A stretch of DNA of 64,000 nt, taken from an uncultured archaeon (GTDB lineage Archaea; Asgardarchaeota; Heimdallarchaeia; Heimdallarchaeales; Heimdallarchaeaceae). Shown in pieces: positions 58,916-64,000 of the stretch; positions within the stretch are counted from its first letter, which is position 1, and every line of letters starts with the position of its first letter. The stretch covers positions 32,001 to 96,000 of the forward strand of contig CAZHRF010000005.1 of assembly GCA_964534625.1 (NCBI GenBank), read 5' to 3'. The notes under the pieces are model-generated. The model searched no databases and was not told the origin of the DNA. It saw only the letters and a program-made list of their open reading frames with translations. The position numbers and the translations under genes are program-made.

Positions 58916-61900
58916 TTGATTAACTTGGATAAGAAGAAAATTTTCAAATCAGTTGAAGCTATGCCAGACTTTTCCAATAAAGAAGAAAAAATCTTAGAAT
59001 TTTGGAAAAAAAAAGATATATTTCGAAAAAGTCAACGAAAAAACAAGGAGAAGAAACTATTTAGATGGTTAGAAGGTCCCCCTACAGCTAATGGTCTTCC
59101 ACATATGGGACACGTCCTAACTAGATCTATCAAAGATGTATTTCTCAGGTATAAATGGATGCAAGGATTTCATGTTGTTCCACGTATAGCGGGATGGGAT
59201 ACTCACGGGCTGCCAGTTGAGAGAGAAGTAGAAAAAAAATTGAATCTTAATGACAAGAAAGACGTTGAAAAATATGGAATAAAGGAGTTTAATCAAAAGT
59301 GTAAAGATTCAGTCTTCATTTATGAAAAAGCTTGGCGTGATATGACAAGACGTATCGGATTTTGGGTTGATATGGATAATCCTTATGTTACAATGCATGA
59401 AACATATATTGAAAGTGTATGGTGGGCACTTAAACAGATGTGGGACAAGGATTTAATCTATTTGGGTCATAAAGTCGTTCCTTACTGTTCTCGATGTGGA
59501 ACACCACTCAGTTCTCACGAGGCAGGACAAGGCATGAAAGAAACCACAGACCCATCGATCTACATCAAATTTAAAGCTAAAGATTTTGATGACACATATT
59601 TCCTTGCTTGGACTACAACACCATGGACACTAATATCAAATGTCTGTTTAAGCGTTCATCCCAATGTCGATTACGTTCTTATTAAACATGATACTGAAAA
59701 ACTAATTTTGGCAAAAACTATAGCTAAAAAACTATTCGAAAATTATGAAGTTTTAGATGAATTCAAGGGTTCTGACCTTGAATATAAAGAATACAAACAA
59801 CTGTTTCCTTATATTCAACCACAAGAAAGAGCTTTTTTTGTTACTCTTGCAGATTATGTTTCAACAGAGGATGGTTCAGGAATAGTTCATTCTGCACCAG
59901 CATTTGGTGAGGATGATGCAGAAACAGGAAGGAAATACGAACTACCTTTCATAAATCCAGTATTAGAAGATGGAACTTTTGATGAAAGAATAAAAGATTT
60001 TGCTCATTTACACGTAAAAAAAGCTGATCCCAAAATTATTAAAGACTTGAAAGAGCGGAACTTGTTATTTAAACAAGAGACAGTAAAACACACTTATCCT
60101 TTCTGTTATCGATGTGACTCACCACTATTATACTACAGTACACCTACTTGGTATATCAAAATGACAGAAAAAAGAGATGAATTATTACGATATAACGATA
60201 AAATAAACTGGTATCCACATCATCTTAAACATGGTAGGTTTGGTAACTTTATCGATAGTGTAAGAGATTGGGCACTTTCTAGAAACAGGTTCTGGGGAAC
60301 GCCTTTACCCATATGGGAATGTAAAAATGGTCATTATACATTCCTTGGAAGTCTCAAAGAATTGAAAAATTATTATAGAAAGGAATTACCAAAAGATTTC
60401 AGTCTTCATCGCCCTTGGGTTGATGAAATAAAATTTGATTGTCCGGAATGTGGAAAAACGGCTCAAAGGGTTCCTTATGTCATTGATTGTTGGTACGATA
60501 GTGGTTCAGCTCCATTTGCACAATATCACTATCCATTTGAAAATAAAGAAATGTTTCAAGAACATTTTCCATTTGATTTCATTACTGAGGCATTAGATCA
60601 AACAAGAGGATGGTTTTACACACTACATGCCATTAGCACGGTTATTTTTAACAAACCAGCTTACAAAAATTGTCTCACTATGGGGCTAATTCTAGACGAA
60701 AAAGGTAACAAGATGAGTAAAAGCAAGGGAAATGTTGTTTCGCCTGATGATGTAATCCCAACCTATGGTGCCGATGCTACAAGATGGTATTTATTTTCTA
60801 ATCCTACTTGGTCAAATGCACGTTTTTCACCTGAACTTGTAAGACAAGCTATGCAGAAATTCATGCTAACTTTATGGAATAGTTATAGTTTCTTCATCTC
60901 TAATTCTAATGTAGATGCGTTCAATCCATTAAACCATCAACTAGAGATGGATAAACGTCCTGAACTTGATCGTTGGCTATTAAGCGAGTTAAATTTCTTA
61001 ATTCAAGAAGTGCAAGAAGCAATGGAACAATATTCAGTTCATTTAGCGGTTCAAGCTTTCGAAAATTTCACCATAGATAAATTAAGTAATTGGTATTTGC
61101 GTCAGTCTAGAAGGAGATTTTGGAGAGAAACAATAGACGAGGATAAAATTTCTGCTTATTTAACTACTTATGAGACTTTTGTTAAGATCACCAAGTTATT
61201 AGCTCCCTTTATCCCTTTCTTGTCAGAACAACTATATGAGAATTTGGTCAAAAACATCCAACCTAATTCAGAAGAAAGTATTCATTTATGCTATTATCCA
61301 AAAATTGACCAAAATGAAGTTAATAAGCAATTGTCTCAAGACATGAATAAAATATTGTCTATTGTTACAGCTGGAAGAAGCATAAGAGCTCAAGCAAATA
61401 TTAAATTAAGACAACCTTTAGGAGAACTAATAGTCATTGCACCTAAAGGTAAGGAAAATCTTATTCACAAGTATGAACAGGTACTAATGGAAGAATTGAA
61501 TGTAAAATCAATCAATATCAAAAAAACATCAAAAGATTTGGTTTCTTATCTTATAAAACCAAACTTCCCCGTATTAGCACCCAAAGTGACTTCTGCTATA
61601 AATAAGATAAAAAAACACTTGGAAAATTTGTCCTCTGAAAACGCACAAAAATATGTGGAAAAACTGGAAAGTAATGAATCTTTTGCTATTGAAGTTGCGG
61701 GTAAAAATTATGAACTTACTCTCGAAGATGTTGAATACCATATTCAAGTGACAGAAGGTTTCGAGGGTGAAGAAGTAGAAGGGTATCAAATACTATTTGA
61801 TACAACAATCACACCAGAATTAAAACAAGAAGGATACGTTAGAGATATTATTCGGAGAATCCAAACAATGAGAAAAGACTTGGATTTGGAATATACTCAG

Positions 61901-62083
61901 AATATTGAAGTATCCGTAAAACCTGGAAACTTTGGTAAAGTAGCAATAGAACAATTTAAGGATTTTATAAAAAAAGAAACGCTCGCGGCAAAATTAACTC
62001 TTACCGCTGAACCAAAAGGTAAAATGGTAAAAGAATGGGAATTTGACGACTACAAAGTCAAGATTGGTGTTATTCCTAAGTAA
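58916..62083 (+). CDS. ileS: Isoleucyl-tRNA synthetase (archaeal/eukaryotic type; start probably TTG 58925)
   Basis: EGPPTANGLPHMGH, GWDTHGLP, WTTTPWTL, DWALSRNRFWGTP, DQTRGWF, KMSKSKGN. Confidence 0.98.
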   Translation: MINLDKKKIFKSVEAMPDFSNKEEKILEFWKKKDIFRKSQRKNKEKKLFRWLEGPPTANGLPHMGHVLTRSIKDVFLRYKWMQGFHVVPRIAGWDTHGLPVEREVEKKLNLNDKKDVEKYGIKEFNQKCKDSVFIYEKAWRDMTRRIGFWVDMDNPYVTMHETYIESVWWALKQMWDKDLIYLGHKVVPYCSRCGTPLSSHEAGQGMKETTDPSIYIKFKAKDFDDTYFLAWTTTPWTLISNVCLSVHPNVDYVLIKHDTEKLILAKTIAKKLFENYEVLDEFKGSDLEYKEYKQLFPYIQPQERAFFVTLADYVSTEDGSGIVHSAPAFGEDDAETGRKYELPFINPVLEDGTFDERIKDFAHLHVKKADPKIIKDLKERNLLFKQETVKHTYPFCYRCDSPLLYYSTPTWYIKMTEKRDELLRYNDKINWYPHHLKHGRFGNFIDSVRDWALSRNRFWGTPLPIWECKNGHYTFLGSLKELKNYYRKELPKDFSLHRPWVDEIKFDCPECGKTAQRVPYVIDCWYDSGSAPFAQYHYPFENKEMFQEHFPFDFITEALDQTRGWFYTLHAISTVIFNKPAYKNCLTMGLILDEKGNKMSKSKGNVVSPDDVIPTYGADATRWYLFSNPTWSNARFSPELVRQAMQKFMLTLWNSYSFFISNSNVDAFNPLNHQLEMDKRPELDRWLLSELNFLIQEVQEAMEQYSVHLAVQAFENFTIDKLSNWYLRQSRRRFWRETIDEDKISAYLTTYETFVKITKLLAPFIPFLSEQLYENLVKNIQPNSEESIHLCYYPKIDQNEVNKQLSQDMNKILSIVTAGRSIRAQANIKLRQPLGELIVIAPKGKENLIHKYEQVLMEELNVKSINIKKTSKDLVSYLIKPNFPVLAPKVTSAINKIKKHLENLSSENAQKYVEKLESNESFAIEVAGKNYELTLEDVEYHIQVTEGFEGEEVEGYQILFDTTITPELKQEGYVRDIIRRIQTMRKDLDLEYTQNIEVSVKPGNFGKVAIEQFKDFIKKETLAAKLTLTAEPKGKMVKEWEFDDYKVKIGVIPK

Positions 62084-62147
62084 AATAACCTTTTTCCTTT
62101 TTTATATTTAAAAGTAACAATTAAAAAGACCAAAGGAAGGGTATACT

Positions 62148-62222
62148 TGGCCAATGATAGTACCGCTCCAGACTAAGCAAATTTATTATTTGCAATGAGG
62201 AACTCACGACGAATTGAGGCCA
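62148..62222 (+). ncRNA. Candidate box C/D methylation guide sRNA
   Basis: Terminal stem TGGCC/GGCCA; box C-like ATGATAG, D'-like CAGA, internal hairpin, C'-like ATGAGGA, D-like TTGA; guide CTCACGACG is complementary to the conserved LSU rRNA sequence CGUCGUGAG. Confidence 0.55.
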
Positions 62223-62286
62223 TTTATCTTTCAACTATTTAAACAAGCAAGGGTTTTTTAATTACTTTAGTTTTATTTTTATATCC

Positions 62287-63864
62287 ATGACTAATAGTGT
62301 CTCCGAGATACCATTCCACCAATCTGGTCATAATAAAACTGTTTCCTCTATTACTAGAATTAAGGATAAGATAATTTCAGCTGGAGCGGATGGTCGTATC
62401 TGTATTTGGTCCAAAGATTTCGATATTGAATATGCTACCATTTATGCTCATGATTCAGCAATTACTGCTGTTTGTTGGGATAAATATCATGATATTCTAT
62501 TGACTGGAGCAAAAGATACGACTATTAAGTTATGGGATTTGTCATCTTACACTCTATTAGGCTCAAAACACGCACATATTTCTTCTATAATACAGATAGC
62601 CCAAACAGATGAACACATTATATCTGCGGGGATGGAACGAATACTTACAAAATGGGACCTAAAAGACAATCAATTAGTTAAAGGAAGAAGAAGAAGGGTG
62701 CCTGAGATGGAGAATTTCTTCACCGAGGGTAGATATTTAGTAACTACAAATACACAAGGGTTAACAACAGTTTATGATGTAAAGGACATGTCAAAGATTA
62801 AACATCTTTTTATGCGTGATTCAAAAATTTTTCGTACAATTCGCTCTGCAAAAAAAACCATAGATGAATTTGCTGACAAAAACACTCATGACTTATTTTA
62901 TAAAATGGTTCGATTTGAAGGTATTCCAGTCTATTCCTGTGTTTTCTCTGACAATTTTCTAATTTTAGGACATCAATTTGGACTGCTTTCATTTTGGTCA
63001 TTAAAAAAATTTAAACTAAAACGTGCTTTATTTATTCACTCAAGCCATATAACCGGAATGAAAGTCTTTGATAATTATCTTTTTTCGATTTCTATGAGCA
63101 AAGAAATTTCGAGGTATAATATTAATTTAAGAGTAATTGAAAAGGTTACACAACTCCCAACTCATCCAATTTCCCTAGAAATTATAGATCAAGATACTAT
63201 TGTGGTAGGGATGATTAATGGTCAGATAATAATATTAGACCACCATTTTAACATAAAAAAAAGAGTAGAGTCTTTTTCAAGCATAACCTCTGCATGTTTA
63301 ACCCCTAAAGGATTAATCATAGGTTATGAAACAGGTCATGTGTCCCTCTTTGACTATGATTCACAACAAATTATTCAAAAATCCAAAATACACGAAAAAA
63401 AAATTGTTGGAATTGGCTATTATAATGACTTTTTATGTACTATTAGTGAGGATGGAAAATTGAAATTGTTCAGAAAATTCTTTGAAGAAGAAAAGACTCA
63501 GATATTACCAATTTTACCCTCTAATGTGACAAATTATGGTAGATATATTACTCTCTCTCATAACTATATATTCGATGGAAAAAGCCAACTAATTATGAAA
63601 GGTGAGGTGTCAGAACAAACAAACGAAGATCATAAGAGAGATTTGATACACCAATTTCTTGTAAGGAATGGAGACCTCATATTGGTTATAGATGACAAGA
63701 AATTGACCCAGTACCAACAAAATAGAGAGAAAATTATTAAATCAGACCTCTATACTGAAAAGATAATATCAAAATTAATCCAGTTGAAAGATAAGAAAGG
63801 ATCACTGGTATACCAAAAAAAGCATCAGTTTGCCATTATCAATACAAAAATTATTAGAAAATAG
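62287..63864 (+). CDS. WD40-repeat beta-propeller protein
   Basis: GH...SAGADGRICIW, AHDSAITAV...TGAKDTTIKLWD, further degenerate repeats. Confidence 0.88.
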   Translation: MTNSVSEIPFHQSGHNKTVSSITRIKDKIISAGADGRICIWSKDFDIEYATIYAHDSAITAVCWDKYHDILLTGAKDTTIKLWDLSSYTLLGSKHAHISSIIQIAQTDEHIISAGMERILTKWDLKDNQLVKGRRRRVPEMENFFTEGRYLVTTNTQGLTTVYDVKDMSKIKHLFMRDSKIFRTIRSAKKTIDEFADKNTHDLFYKMVRFEGIPVYSCVFSDNFLILGHQFGLLSFWSLKKFKLKRALFIHSSHITGMKVFDNYLFSISMSKEISRYNINLRVIEKVTQLPTHPISLEIIDQDTIVVGMINGQIIILDHHFNIKKRVESFSSITSACLTPKGLIIGYETGHVSLFDYDSQQIIQKSKIHEKKIVGIGYYNDFLCTISEDGKLKLFRKFFEEEKTQILPILPSNVTNYGRYITLSHNYIFDGKSQLIMKGEVSEQTNEDHKRDLIHQFLVRNGDLILVIDDKKLTQYQQNREKIIKSDLYTEKIISKLIQLKDKKGSLVYQKKHQFAIINTKIIRK

Positions 63865-64000
63865 CATTATTTTATGTTTTCTTAAGCCTTAATGGTAACA
63901 TTCTTTGAAATTTAGTCTCGTTATTAAAAAAGAAACTACATATCAGAAAAACCATTAATTTGATATAGTTCAAATAGATATAAGAAATTATGATAGTAGG

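Overview
AT-rich archaeal chromosome segment, most consistent with an Asgard archaeon of the Heimdallarchaeia type. The evidence is archaeal informational genes (eL24, eS28, L7Ae, eL15, eL43, Rpo10, aIF5B, TiaS, exosome Rrp4/41/42, RFC-L, ABCE1, mevalonate kinase plus IPK) together with eukaryote-signature proteins (UEV-Vps23/ESCRT-I, a RING-type zinc finger, a WD40 protein, a DPAGT1-like GT4). Most of the window is housekeeping. The ORF track missed the edge-truncated leuS, a 56-aa histone-fold gene and a 58-aa ferredoxin. The main things worth following up are: (1) an unexplained ~430-nt, ~51% GC, extensively base-paired non-coding element (24190-24635) next to the histone and a THUMP-only protein, which I could not match to RNase P, SRP or intron motifs; (2) a Dna2-type nuclease-helicase fused to a C-terminal RING-like domain, head-to-head with a PLD nuclease; (3) a 395-bp non-autonomous IS200/IS605 element that keeps a TnpB-type right-end guide RNA and rebuilds the host stop codon; (4) a coiled-coil/(TPAP)15 protein near the UEV-Vps23 gene; (5) several cis-regulatory or small-RNA candidates (L7Ae K-turn leader, eL15 leader, ileS uORF, box C/D guide, HSR1-like operator). 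All calls come from reading motifs by eye; no searches or folding programs were run.
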